From Amoebophrya sp. A120 (Eukaryota; Protista; Dinoflagellata): 64,000 nucleotides of DNA. A program made the position numbers and the translations under genes. The stretch covers positions 3,319,320 to 3,383,319 of the forward strand of contig CAJINV010000004.1 in the NCBI GenBank assembly GCA_905178155.1, written 5' to 3'. Shown in pieces: positions 24,225 through 37,726 of this stretch (position 1 is its first letter; each line of letters begins with the position of its first letter). Below the pieces are notes generated by a model. It was not told the origin of the DNA and searched no databases. It saw nothing but the letters and a program-made list of their open reading frames with translations.

Positions 24225-25583
24225 ACCGATTCAGATGATACGAGTTGGACTTGCAGCTTGTGTCTGTGATTTGTCTGCGGATAAGTTCTCACATCAAGAA
24301 GAAAACGTCGTTGCTCGCATTTGGTTCGCAATCATGACATCCTCATCTCTTCTCGGACCACGCTCGCAATTCGCATAGCTTCCTCAGTGCAAACAGCTTC
24401 AGCTCCTTCTAGACGTCGCTTACTCTTTTTACACGACGGTCGCGGCAACTACCGCTTTTTTCAGAACCAAAAACAATCGGGAAAAGATGACGCTGCATTT
24501 GCAGTGTGGTGCGTATGCGCCGTTCGCAAGATTCCCATACAGGATCCACGTGGGAGCTCGAAGTACTTGGTTAGAGCAAAGCTTTGTTCGCTATCGTGTC
24601 GTATTTTAGACCACATTTGGGGTAGGGGCATCAGCGTCCAAGCCGCCTGATGTGAAGTAGTTGACGGGATGCCAATGCTACTAGACTAGGGTACAGAAGA
24701 AGGGGTAAGGGTGATGTCGCTAGGTCGTAGGTTGTACATGAGGAAGAGCGGGCTATACTTGCGTCGGGCAGAGGCCGAGTCGTGCTCTGCGATTTGTGTA
24801 CAGAATCATTTGTGGAGATGCAAGGGCCGGACAACCGTCCCCCACATTTTTAGTAAGTACCCTGACGTGCCAATGCACCCACAACTAGGTCAGGTGCGCG
24901 CAATCGCTATCGCAAAGAAATGAATATGAAATTGTTGATTCGTAAATGATAGAAAAATTGGTTTGATGTCGCATAGATATAGCAGTTGTTCAAAAAAATT
25001 CTAAAATGGTATGCCAATATCGCACCTTACTAGACGTCGAAAAACGACTTTGCCAAAAACTACAGAATCTTGTGCTTGTCCCCATTCAGACACATTCGTG
25101 CCAATACACACCAAACAAACTTACATACAGGGTGAAGTCGAATCTGACCCGCTGCTGAGTCCAGCAGTACCTCGCGCAACTACTGCCCGAAGGGAATTGC
25201 GACGGGAATTGCGTTCATCACCGCGTGGTCACAACATCACCTGGTTCGCGTTGCGGCGCTTGCAGGAATGGAGACGCTGCAGGACAAATACTACAGTATT
25301 CGACCGTGCTCGTCGTGTGACAGGAGTGCTGCGTGCGGAGTCTTTTCTTTTTCCACCGCCCTGCTGGCGCAAGGAAACTAGTGGAACGTCGCTGTTTTCA
25401 TCTTCCGCACCAGCCACGCATATTATCCTGCTCCTTAACTTCCTGTGGTAGAACAAGAAGTTCTACTGTGCTCAGCTCTACTTCCATTTGCTTGTTTTCC
25501 TTTCCCCTGGTGGTCCTCCTGCTTTGGTCGCCGGATACTAGGTAGAGTGCACATCAAATCGTCGACCGTCGGCAGTCCTCCTC

Positions 25584-28500
25584 TTACGTCTGACTGCGCT
25601 TCAAGAGTGCGTGAAAGTTCTCCGCCAGGTCGTAGAGTATTTTGTGGAAGCGCCGCTGGTCGACCTTCGCGATGGCCATGGTTTCGACGAGTTTGTGTGC
25701 CTCCATCGGCGACTTTTTCAGCGGCGGCGCCAGGTTCTGCAACCCCTCGCGCAAACACGTTTTGGCGTCGAACTCCATGGGACCCTGCAACATGGGGCGG
25801 ATCACCTCCGCGACCCCACCGACCGTGGTGGCTTTCGGGTTCGACGCGCACATTGCCATCAGATTCAGCAGGGCGGACACCAGCTCCTGCACGCGGCCCT
25901 CCCGCTCCCAAAGCGGTTTCGCGAACTTCACCACGTCGGGACCCTCAGACGCCCAACGGAGGAAGGAACAGAAAAACCTGGTGTGGGTTTTGGAAAGTAA
26001 GTGCAAGCTCAAATCGTGTCGTTGTACTGGTGACGTTGGACTACAGCTGGAAAAAACACGGCAAATCAAGCGCATGCAGATGTTACAGTAGCAACGACAA
26101 TGAATTGCCATTGAGCAGCTCGTGTTCATCGTGGTCAACCTCAACCACATCGAAGATCTTTATCGTACTATACCTCAACACCGCGGTCAGAGCCTGTTCG
26201 TGCGTTGCTATCTCGGCGGGAGACTTCAAAAACTGCAGTGCTGAGTCGAAGACGTCCGCGAGCCAGGGGGATTGCAGCGAGCCGTTCGCCAAATTGGACC
26301 ACCGCAGGGCGTCCCCGAGCATCTCGAAGCACGCAGCCGCAATGTCGGGCTGGCACTGGTGCTCTTTGCACAGCCGGGCAACAGGCGTGGCGAAAACGCC
26401 CAGGAAACCTACCAGCTGATCGTCCACTTCTTTTATACCTGTAGTGGGTATCAGTTGTGTATCTTATGCATGTTGAATTTCATGCACGGAGTTCTGCAAC
26501 AAAGCGTTCTAGTGGTAGTGTGAGTGTCCCCGATAGATACCATGGCAAAAACTTTTTATGAAACAAATGCTTTTTGTTGAAAATCATGACAAAGGCAAGC
26601 AATACCATGCGGCGCGAACAGGCCCATGACGGTTCTGACGAGGGTGTAGTAGGCTTATCCAAATGAAAATTTAAATTCTGCGAAGTTTGTTTTGGAAAGC
26701 GAGAACAAAACAGAGGCAAACAGCGTTTTTTTTCTTCCACATCCCTCCATATAAAAGGAGCGCCAGCTCACTCTCGACACAAGATACGCCTCTTCTTCTA
26801 CGACCTGTATTACACCCCACCGTATCAACAACAATTATCACACTTGGCCATGCAATAACTACAAGCGGACGACGCACGTCATAAATGCGATCATCATGGA
26901 CAAGAAAAGACATCAATTTATTGTCTCAATCTTCCCGATTCATCGCAGAATAATTTTTTTTCTTCCCATAAGTGTGTCGTTGGCTTCACCTCTGCCGCCT
27001 TCCCGAGCAGATTCAGGGCTTTCCCCAACAGTGGTGACATGATCGCATGGGCCTGCGCGCTCTGGAAAATGAAGTTCAGGGAGAGGCAGAACTGCTCCAC
27101 ATAATCCTCCCAATTTTTCGTCACGGCGTATTCGGTCATCCTTTCTATCTGCGGCCACTGATTCTCCCAGAAGCTCAAAACCGGGTGCTTTGCGTCCGAG
27201 TTCTCTGCTATCTGTTTATTTTTCATGATGTGTGTTGTGAATTCATACTTTTGTTTTTTGAAGATGAGGCTCGAATAGTGCAAAAAGAGGAGCAAGGGGA
27301 GGACATCGCAACGCCACAAATCAACTATCTGTATCTGCATTGTGTAAAGCGATGATGAAATTTTCAAAGCAGGCTCTTTTTTCATCCAGTGCACGACATT
27401 TCAAAGAAAATCCTTAGCTGTACCTTTATGTCGTAGCAACAGGATAAAGCTGCGAGATACAGCTTCAATTCCGGGGGTCCTTTCCCCTCCCGATTGTCCG
27501 GGTAATTCAACACGGACTGGGGCGGTTCGAGCCGCTGCACGAACTGCGCCAACGTCGATTCCAGCGTTTGGTAGTCGCGCATGGCTCCGATGATGTGCCC
27601 TACTGGAAAGACCAGCTGGGGCCGGACGTCAGGGTGAAAATTGCCGTTTAACACGAGCTCCACGATGGAGTTGATCACTTTCGGCCAAAACTGCCCGTTG
27701 TCAATCTCGATCAGCTTGTCCTTGGCCGCCTGCGTGGTGCTGCGCAGCGCGTCGGTGCAAATCGCCTGCGCGTACTGCTTCAGGTCTTTGTCCTGGCACT
27801 CAATTTTGGGCAGACTGGGCAGGAGTTGCTGCAACAAAAACATCAGCGTCGGGACCAGCGCCTCCTCCTTAAACGCTAAATACCCCGCGGTGTAGAGGAT
27901 CAACCGTCCCGCGCTAATCCGGAGGAGCAGCGCGGGGAGGCCGGTTTCGGGGTAGGGAAAATTTGGTATCCTCTCGATCAAGCGCGGGATCACGTTGTCC
28001 TGGCCGGCACGGGCGCCTGGAATTGTTGAATTTGGGTTTGTTGTACTCGTCTAATATGTGTTTGGCATGACAAAAGCTCTTATACGCAAAGGTGTTCCGC
28101 ATGACAAAAAAAAACTTTTACGTGGTGCGACGCCGGTCAGGATGAAAATTGCGGCGTCCAAGTCGTTCCACTCGTGTAGCTTGTTGATTTCGTCCCCCAC
28201 GACGTGTATTACCCAGCTGACCGGCAGAACCTGGGCCACCGCCTCGGTTAAACACTGGTTGCACTGCTCCCGAAACCGCACAAAATGGTCCGTTTCGAAA
28301 CCTGTGGAGAGTGATTTTCAATTATCTTCCCGGGCCTCGCGAAAGGAAACAACACAAAAGGACGGAAGTTGCCTTTGACACAGCTGCGGGGACCGCAACT
28401 GAACATGATCTCTTGTTTGCAGATCAAACCTAATAAATTAGACACTATACCTATGTGCGCATCCGGATTTGCTGGGTACCTGGTGCATTTCAAGCAGGCG

Positions 28501-30283
28501 TAGGTAAACTTTTCCAGCCAGGGGTGCAGCTGCTCCTTTTCGCAGGCGTTGACCGGATCGCTGTGGTGACTGACGATGGCGCCGTACCAAAATTCCAGCC
28601 CGCCGCGCGCCAAGTCGACCTGGCGTATCTGCAGCCAGTGCAGTGCCACCTCGGCGAATTGGTCGCACCAGTTGGCCTTGTGGAGCAGTGCGCGGCAGTA
28701 GTGCGGGCCCATCTCGGCGAGGATACGGGAAATAAGGTTCATCCGAACTATCGGCAGTTCCGCGTCGGGCGACGTGGGGCCGGACGGCAGCCAGGAGGCC
28801 GGATCGATGGGTGGGCTGAGCAGATTTGCGAGGTTTATGGTGGACCGGGCGACTAAGTCAAGCGCCGGTGAGGTGAGTTCCGAGTACTCGTTGGTGAGGC
28901 CTATGAGCGCAATCAAACAGGAACAAGCGGCATCGGCGATCTCCATGTCCTCTAACGCCAGGCACTGGGCGGCTTTTTGGAGCAAGGGATGCTCCCAACA
29001 CTGGGGTTTTTTGGTTTGTTCTTGTTTTCGTGTCACGAATCCATCGACATAAAGTGGATCCGGTAAGAGCAGTAGATACAGATTGCATCTCCATCTTCAA
29101 AAATGTAGTATAATGCTGGCTCATTTTAAAGTATTCTTTCATTATACCCTTCTCCTGATAATCTCTGCGGTAAATTTAGCCCCGCTTTCCTTGCTCGCGA
29201 TCACCTGGGGTGTGGGCAGGGAAAGCCACTCGGCGGCTGCCTGTAGCTTCAGGTGTGTATCTGTTTCCGCGCCGGCCAGCGCGTCAAAAACCTGTTCCTG
29301 TGTGAGCAGCAGCTTGTTTACGAGCTGCATGCGCTTCTCTGCGTCGACGGTCACCTGGGTTTGCAGAAACGGGTGTGCTGTCGCATACTTCGCACTCTAC
29401 TTCACACGGAAACATGCGATGTTGCCTCGAGCGCATCGATAATTCCAAACAGGCCAAACCCAAATTATGCGGTTCATTTTACACCACAACTCCTAAACAA
29501 ACAGAAATACATGAAAACTCGCTGATCGTGTACCTTTGGACTCTTTACTTCCTCGGGAAATATCTTCAACATCTCCAGCATGGTTTGGTAGTGGTTCACC
29601 TGCAGTGCCTGCACCGCTTTCTCCAACGAGGCGTGCCCGTACAGCGCCAGGTCGGCGTAGGCGACGCACAATTGTCGTTTCACGACCGTGATTTTTTTCG
29701 CGTTGGGGATTGGCTGGTTGCCGTTCTGCGCGTTTATCATCAAATTGCTCAATTCCACGATGAATTCCAAAATCCGATCCGCGATTTGCATGGTGGCCGA
29801 TTTCCCGGTCTGGGCCTTCTGCGCGAGGAGGTTCGCTGCGAAAAAGAAGGTGAGCGGGTCGGTGGCGCCGGAGCTCTGCAGGAGCTGCAACAGCGCCTCC
29901 CAACTGCACCCCTGCTGCCAGGCCATCAGCCACTGCGTGGCCTCCTGCGCGCCGGTGGGCCCGGAGGGGGCGTGGAGCCGGTGGATCTGGTTGATCACAT
30001 CCCCCATCGTGGTGTTTGCCGTGGGAAGGGATGAAGAGGAGCTCGCCGTCGCTTGTTGACCGAGCATGATCTGCCCGGGGAGATTTTGATTTCCTGCTAG
30101 AGGCGCAGAAGTTGTATTTGCACCTCCACCTGGTGCGCCTGCAGCTCCCGGAAGCATGTTGTTGATATTACCGCTGGTCGTGAAAGTAGTGTTGCCATTC
30201 GGAACTGCTCCACCTGTGCCGAAATTAGAGCCACTGACCATGGCCTGATGCGCGGGAGTGGCCAGGCTGGAGCTGCTGCTCAT
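25584..30283 (-). CDS. Transportin-3/importin-13 (Mtr10)-like karyopherin, multi-exon with GT-AG introns
   Basis: Importin-beta N-terminal-like QEATQWLMAWQQ..WE..LL..FFFAANLLAQK; HEAT-like helices; LEFWY, YP..FREQCNQCL, WNDLDAAIFIL segments. Confidence 0.75.
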
Positions 30284-31957
30284 CCACGACTTTGTTTTTC
30301 CCGCCTCTTGCTCGTGTGCGTCTGCGTGGCCTGGAGGTTGGGAAAGATTTTATACTAAATTCCGACTTATGTCGTGGTGAGAAAAAGCCGCAAACAGCGG
30401 CCCGTACTTAATATTGGGCGATTAAATTTATTAGTGTAGTCGAATCGAAAAAGAAGACGAGAAATGAACCGCGCGCATAGAACCAAGTAGGTACGTGGCC
30501 AAAACTCGTCTAGTGAACATAAATCTGAAATAGAATTCGTAAGGTACTGTATTCTGACGACCTCAAATCAGGAGAAAATGTTGTTGAAAAAGTTGAGAAG
30601 TATACAACTTCAAATGAAATAAGCTACACTAGACTACAGACGACGAAAACAAAAAACGACGAAAAGCTACCCTGCGTCAAAAAAAATGTGCATCGAAAAG
30701 TGTTATAATTTCATTTCCTAGTAGTGTGCTAGCTCCGCTGCCCTCGTTGCAGCTCTACAGCAGAGCCACAAGAAAGCCGAAACGGGTCCTCACGCGTCCA
30801 GGAAAATAAACTGTTTTCGTCTGTATTTCCTATCAAAATCGAGGCGTCTGCTGCTGTTTTGTAGTCTGTTCTTCTTAAAAAAACCTCCGCCTCTGTACTA
30901 TCATCGTCACGTGAACTACCCGTCATCGTGTTTAATATTAAAGGTTGTTTGGTCCTCTGCTGGATCAGGCGATGCGAAGATTTTGTGCCTCTGCTCTGCC
31001 GAAGATGTTGTGCTCCCTCCGCATGCGTCAGTGCAGCGGTCTGGACGTAAACATAGCATGGCGCTGTCGCCTGTCGCATTTCAAAAATAACCTAGCGACC
31101 TCCTTCGCTCATGGTGTTTTTCTTGTCGCTTTTCTTGCGACAGACTCTAGGACACTGTAAGCCGTAGCACTAGACGCAAGGAACTTGAGCTTCAATAAAC
31201 TACACACAGACAGCACGACTACGGACTTAAAACCTCGTATGCCGCTCGGCACGACTGTAAAAATGATCCTACTTATGAGATGATGTTACTAGTTACTGGG
31301 TTGTTGGTAGGGTTAGACTTAAAAAGGTGGCCGGTACTTAAAAATATCATGTTCATTCTACTGATAGATTCGCTACTCGTGCGGAGAAAAGGCTGTGCTA
31401 TAAGAATTCTGACCTGAAGAACATGGGATCGGAGGAAGAGGTACACTACTTGGTAGTAGATAAGCGAAACAAGCGTGAAAATTTTAAAAAGTAGTTTCGG
31501 GCGTTTAGTGTCAGTAATACCACCTCCATAAATGAGAAGAGAAAGAGAAACAATGAGATTTCTAGCAGGCCCTAGAAGTACATGCAGAAGCCCGGCCGAA
31601 GCAGGTGGTTGCGCTCGCGTTTTCGTTTTTTCTCGTACGATTTCCATTGTTATTTGATTTTTGCTCAGAAATCATGTTGCAATCAATCGAAAAAACGGAT
31701 GAAGTGATTTTTGATCCGTGTACGGGAGCAAAATGAGTGTGCTTTTTGCTTTTGTTAGTCATCGTCGTTGCATTGAACACAGTTGTTGCGTAAAAGTGTC
31801 TACCTCTGACTCGCTTCTGCGTATCAATATCTTCTTGATTCCGGCATGCATCGATGCCAACGAGCTGAATGTGCTTTATTCTGCTCGTAGTTTCGGTCTT
31901 CAGCTTAACTACTTGCTCTTCTATCTGACATCAAAACTTCTTATGCACAGCACGTAT

Positions 31958-33393
31958 TCAAAAAAGCCCTTCCATTTCCTTCACCCGGTCGCGTTTGTTG
32001 CGTTCCTTTTCCGAATAGTACTCCGGCCTGATGCTGTATTTCAGTTTCGACTTGCACAGCGTGGAAAAGGTCCCCTCCCGGGCCATCTGATTCATGGCCG
32101 CCACCCGGAGAAAACCCCGGCACTGCAACTGACTCTTCCGGTTGCGACACTGCTCGTGCCGGCTGCCATAGGGGTTTAGTAGTGTGGAGTCCGCGGCGGA
32201 ATTATCCTTCAACCGCTCTGCTTTCAAATTCAGCGGCTCCTGCGGATTGTAGCACCCGTAGATGGGTTTCTTGTTTTTTCCCGCGTTGTAGTATTTACCT
32301 AAATTGTTGTTCCCCACGGCTTCGCGCATCGCGGTTTGGGCCAGCATGCACTCGTCGTACGGGCTGTATAACCCGCTCAGGTGTTACAATCTCAAACCTT
32401 ACAATAGAATATGGAAATCTGTGATGCAAGAGTGCATGATCTAGCCAACTCTCATGGGATTGCGCATGACAAGTTCCGGAGCCCCAAACCCCACTACAAT
32501 CTGGCGAAATTTGTATTGCAGAAAGTGGAACGCTCTGCGAGGTTGTCATGTTCAACATGCAAGACAAATCTCAGACTCTATTGTAACGTTTGAGATTGTA
32601 ACGTCTGAGCGGGTTATAGTGTGGACTCCCCGTTTTTACCCGGCTTGGTCTTTCGGGCGAGGTCCAGGTAGGCGTGGCCTGGTTGGTATAGTATTTAGAA
32701 TTAGAGGTGTTCGTGTGTAGTTACTTCAGGGTCCAGTATTGCAGTTTTGTTTATACGCCAACAAAAACTTTTTATTTCTATCCAGTTACAGACTCTTCGA
32801 TTGTCATGCGTCTTCACAAGAAACTGAAATATCGAATTATACATGTTTCCACGCCCCGTTTTCTTGCCTCATTCATCTTTTCCATCGCCACCACCTTCGC
32901 CTGCTCCGCCTGCAGTGCCGCGTCGGTCATCTGTTCGAGGTTGCTCTGCGCCGAAGCATTTTCGTGGTTGATATGGATTATAAAAATGTCTGGGTCTGGA
33001 AGATTGCAACTTGTCATGCTAAATCTGCAGCATGCAAAAATCTGTGTTGCATGATTGCCAAAAGTCGCCCAGTTTTGACCAAGTCGGGAGGTAGTTTCTC
33101 ATGCAGGATAGGCATTAGAAAGGTCTCGCAGAATCTGTCATGCTAGGTCCGGCATTCCAGACCTCATAGGTCATGCAAAAGCAGCATGACAAATCGCGCA
33201 TTCTTCCAGACCCAGACAGTTTTACACTTGATAGTTGACCCACTCTTGCAAAATCCGTTCCTCGGAGGAATTGTAAAACCGAAAGAACGCGGTCTTCGGA
33301 GAAGATATCAAATTGGAAAACTTTGGAGAACTTTCCTGGTGATTTTTTGGCGTCTGTTCTTATCACAAATGTTGTAAGTATCTGCGTGAACAT
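31958..33393 (-). CDS. Hypothetical basic protein, at least 4 exons; start uncertain
   Basis: ..ILQEWVN|HENASAQ.. and ..KPGKNGES(T/S)|PYDECMLAQ.. join in frame after introner removal. Confidence 0.55.
32367..32618. mobile_element. Introner family H
   Basis: TIR tataacccgctcaggtgttacaatctcaaac / gtttgagattgtaacgtctgagcgggttata; TSD ggctg/gtgtg. Confidence 0.88.
32972..33233. mobile_element. Introner family C
   Basis: Family C TIRs; TSD gttga. Confidence 0.92.
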
Positions 33394-34227
33394 GAGAGTT
33401 CGTTGCGCTCAACGTTCGTTGGTGGTCTTGAAAAACCTTTGAGTTACTCTTGCGCGCTTACCAACTTGTTCGCATCATAGCGCGGGACACGATGCAAAGG
33501 CAAATCGATTATACATGTAGAAGACAGATGCACGCCACGCCAAAACACCACGACAAGCAATAGAGGGACATCAAGTCTCCAAATTGCTTAAGCTTCTTCA
33601 AGAAAGAGCCTAGATGAAGGAGGCCACCGTTTACGACGTAGTCGACGGTCAAGGTCATGTTTTGCCTTAAATTTTTGACCTGGTATCGAGGAAAGCATCC
33701 AGAATTTATACACTTAGTGTCGATGTGGAAGTTGTAAAGTATCTCAGCACCTATCTGGCAAGGAGAGTAAGTACTTACAAAAGAATCTACGGGTCTTGGT
33801 CCGAATGACTTTCAGCACCTACTCAACTTCAAATTTTTCCATACGACGACAACGACGACACTGGTGGTGCTTGGCGATGTTGTTTTATGATGTACAACTT
33901 TATGCGAAGGTGAAAACGACGTCGAAGCAGGCGATTCGATTTTCATTTCCTTTCACGATGCAGCCAAAACGCGGACGAACAGCGACGGGCAGAAGTTGTT
34001 TACGATTTTGGAACTCAAAGAGCAAGTTATGACACAAGGTGTGCCCAGTAGGCATCGCAGCTCTGCCTCCTAACTTTGGCGCAACTATGTATAGAGAAAC
34101 AGAAACAGGAAATCTCTATTGTCCTACAGCGTTTCATATTTTCTTGCCCATCATGATAGATATGAATGTCAAAACCACTCATACTTCCCTTGGCTCGTAT
34201 AGCCCATAATTTGATGTTCTTACAACA

Positions 34228-35805
34228 TTACTCGTCATACATCAAAAGATGCTGTATTTGCCGAGTATTAGTATCCCTCATGAAAATGATGAACCTGCGA
34301 AGCACTTCGGGCACTGGAAAAACCAAATTCTTACGGGTCCTTTCGAGCCAACGCAATAGAATTTCTTCCAGGATAGCAGTGTTGACGAAGCGCATGAAAC
34401 GATCCGCGGATAGGGAATAAGCGCCCAAGAACTTTGTGACATTCTCGTGGGGCGTCGTCGCTCCTAGTGCGCTATTGAGTTCGCGTTCAACTTCTTCTAC
34501 AGACTGCAATGGTGGCCACCTCTGCCATTCGCTTTGGAGCTTTCGAGGTTGACTCGAAGCTGCTGTTGCTGCACGCCAGTTAAAACACGTGATTTGCCCC
34601 GTACGATCCTTGAAAATCTTCCACAATGCGACAAACTGCTTCGCAATCGGATCCAACTGATGTTCAAGAAGATGGCCGTGCAAGCTCTGCGCGAGATCTG
34701 TAAGTTCTCCAAAAGAACACTCCAAGCTTGCCTGGATTTCGAGAAAGAAGTGAAGGTCTTTTTCTAGCGGCGTTAATGGTTCTTGCTCGTGGGGATGCTC
34801 CGAGGACCATTGCTCGCTTCTGTCACTGCCCTCTTTGTGTTTGTCAAAAACCTTGTCGAGCGCCCCGCGAATGAGTGCCTTCGCCCCTTTATTTTCTGTC
34901 GGGAACCACGTGCACGTCGCTAACCATTTTTCCACCTGCTCTGCGATTTCCGCCATGCTCTGCCTTTTCCACCTGCTCTGCGATTTCTGCGGTTTCTCGC
35001 AGGGCACGTAACGTAGCAGTGGCACTAGAAAGCCAACGAAATCTGCATACAACTCCTTTCCCCCCTTCTGGACCTGCCTCGAGGAGGAGAGAGGTCCTTC
35101 GGAGTTCAAGCATTCTTCCTCCTCGCGAAGCTCCTCTGCATCAGACGCACAACGGCTCGGCGCCTTAGTCCCTTTTCCAGTAGGAAACGTGCACACTGAG
35201 TCTGACAGCGTCGACAATTCTTCGACCTGCTCTTCTATGTCGCTTATTTTTTCTATTAGGTCAGGGCAAACCTCCCGAATCATCAAGGCAATGAACACGG
35301 TGGCGTAGGCGCCGAGCGTCCGCTTGCTGACGGTCACGCGGCCTGCTTGCTGCTTTAGGTACTTCCTGATGGGCCGATATGTTTCCTCATCCGTTCCGAA
35401 GGCTCTATTCCCAAACAAGTGCTTGAAGAAAATGTTGTCGACAAAGCTCAGAAACCCACCGAAGTCGTCGTAGCATCTGTCGCCCAGAGGGTGCCACTTT
35501 TCGTCGACCCCCTGGCACATGTCCTGCACAAGTTTCGTCTCTTTCCACTTAAACTCACCCTCGAACGAGATTGCATAGCTGGTCCACGAAAAATCTGCGC
35601 GATTCCGTACCAGCTGCAGGCGGCTCAAAACTAGTCGCACCTCGGCCGCACGTTTCTCCGCACTCTCAGCGGGGAAAATTTCGCGGCAGATGTCTCGTAT
35701 AAACTCTGTTGTCGCTGTAGGAAGGTCGCTTGTCTCGCCTTTTTGGAGCTGTTCCGTAGTTGTTGTCACCATTTTCGTCCGTCGAAGGTTCATCTTCGTG
35801 GTCAC
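34228..35805 (-). CDS. Hypothetical 525-aa helical protein, uninterrupted
   Basis: Long ORF; no recognisable domain. Confidence 0.65.
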   Translation of the reverse strand: MTTKMNLRRTKMVTTTTEQLQKGETSDLPTATTEFIRDICREIFPAESAEKRAAEVRLVLSRLQLVRNRADFSWTSYAISFEGEFKWKETKLVQDMCQGVDEKWHPLGDRCYDDFGGFLSFVDNIFFKHLFGNRAFGTDEETYRPIRKYLKQQAGRVTVSKRTLGAYATVFIALMIREVCPDLIEKISDIEEQVEELSTLSDSVCTFPTGKGTKAPSRCASDAEELREEEECLNSEGPLSSSRQVQKGGKELYADFVGFLVPLLRYVPCEKPQKSQSRWKRQSMAEIAEQVEKWLATCTWFPTENKGAKALIRGALDKVFDKHKEGSDRSEQWSSEHPHEQEPLTPLEKDLHFFLEIQASLECSFGELTDLAQSLHGHLLEHQLDPIAKQFVALWKIFKDRTGQITCFNWRAATAASSQPRKLQSEWQRWPPLQSVEEVERELNSALGATTPHENVTKFLGAYSLSADRFMRFVNTAILEEILLRWLERTRKNLVFPVPEVLRRFIIFMRDTNTRQIQHLLMYDE

Positions 35806-35971
35806 AAAGGATTGCTCAAAATCAAACGAAGATAGAGTACAGTAGCTCTTTACACCAGCGATAGGGATAACGGTAGGTACGATACAGATCGAACAAGGTA
35901 CTAGGCTCTTGCTGGGTTCGAAATAAAAGATTATTTGAGAAAAACTTTACAATTTTTCCTTTCAAATACTA

Positions 35972-37240
35972 ATCCTTAGGTCCGCACCGGACTTACGGAC
36001 CACCCGGCCGGGTGGTCCTTAGGTCCGGTGCCCCAAAAATTACTTTACGTAACTGCACGAGCTGCAACAGCTCAGTCCCACTCTGACGGCAGAGCTCCTG
36101 CATGAGATTCCGCATGTATTCAAGGGCAGAGCCACACTAATTCTTGCGCGAGCTATACTGCTCAGAAGGCTTGCACTCGCGCGATGCAACTGAAATGCAA
36201 TTTTGTTCAGTTCGCTATGCTACAGTGCTTATTTTCAAACTTCCCTTTGGGATTTTAGTTTTCAGTAATTTCTTGAAAGGGCGGCCCTTGGCGAGTTTGT
36301 TACTGGCGCAATGCCATAAGCAGTTCTAGATTGATGTAGTGCAAGAAGTTTGCTCTTTGATATGTATTTGCTGGACTTTCTATATTCGCTTTGCGCTCAA
36401 AACGTCACCCGTTGGCCGACGTCGATCGCGCAGGCACAGTCACAATCGTGTCGGGAGCGGCGCTGCAAGAAAACAGCCAGCACAGCGCCAGCAATTGCCC
36501 ATCACTAGTTGTGTTCATCATCACCGCCATCACCTCTTCCTCCAATCAATCCGGAAACGCCCCCGCCCCGGCGACGGTTGCGACGGCGGCATCGGCGTTG
36601 GTTGTGACGACACTGAGGTCACCACCACCTCTTTTTCTTCCTCCAATCCGGCGACCGACGGTTGTGGGCAAGTCGCAACGCCGCGGGGGGCACCAAACCG
36701 TGCGTCATCCGTGTCGCAACCGTCGGTCGCCGGATTGGAGGAAGAAAAAGAGGTGGTGGAGGAGGAAGGAGTGGTGGTGGTGGAGACGCTGACGCTGCGC
36801 CGGCTGTTTTTCTTGCGGCGCCGTTCCCAGTACTGTTGTGGCTGTGCCTGCTGCGCGAACGACGTCGGTGCCTGCGCGAACGACGTCGGCCAAAGGGTGA
36901 CGTTTTTAGCGGTAGGCGAATATAGAAAGTCCTATAAATGCATAGACTGCAACGCATAATCAAAAGCGAAGCTTTCTAAATAGCTTCAAAACCAAATAGA
37001 GAGCCCTTCCTAGTGCATGTAAAGAGCCTTCTTGTACTACGTCAGAACTGCCTGCTATGGCATAGGGCCGCCTCTTCGTGCAGAAATTGAATAACGTGCA
37101 GAATCTCGCGGAAGAGTTCTGCCGTCAGAGTGGGTCTCAGCTACTGCAGCTCGTGCAGTTACGTAAAAGTAACTTTTGGGGCACCGGACCTAAGGACCAC
37201 CCGGCCGGGTGGTCCGTAAGTCCGGTGCGGACCTAAGGAT
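35972..37240. mobile_element. Non-coding foldback/MITE-like element with about 150-bp TIRs, probable TA TSD
   Basis: atccttaggtccgcaccggacttacggaccacccggccgggtggtccttaggtccggtgccccaaaa is mirrored exactly at the other end; flanked by TA on both sides; further nested inverted repeats. Confidence 0.85.
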
Positions 37241-37726
37241 TAGGTTTGTGACCCTCCTCTAATAGCTTCGTCAACATCGCTGTCAGCGAGTAAATATCCG
37301 CCTGAGAAGATCTTCAGCATCAAGGAAAAAACTGAAAGAACGGAAGTGCGAATGCTGGCAGGGTTGATCTAGTAGCAAACTACCCGCAAAGCGTCTGCTC
37401 GAGAGGACCGCTGAGGGGCAGTTACAAAGTGATGACCTGAAGGTTCTTTCTGCGGATCCACCTCCTACGTCTGGAATTGAGTACGCAAGAAAGCAACACA
37501 ACATCTAGATTTTGGAGCAGGTGCTATGATATATCATGATCTTGAACATCAACGATGGAACCATAGGTCGTGCTGAACACCTTCAAATCACGCACGCTGT
37601 CCCGCGATTCAGTTCATTCAAAAATATGAGTAAAAATTATCCACCTGTCAAGTGGCTGTCTTACAACGCGTCACAACTTGTTCACACTCTATCTGTTGTT
37701 GCAGCCGGCACCACACAGGTTTTTTA

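Noticed and set aside
25445-26419. 324-aa plus-strand ORF
   Set aside because: Antisense to karyopherin exons; no protein-like features
34926-34988. Short direct repeat as an insertion scar
   Set aside because: Simple local duplication inside an open ORF; no TIRs
36339-36963. ORFs within the foldback element as a transposase
   Set aside because: Mirror-image low-complexity ORFs with no DDE or HUH motifs
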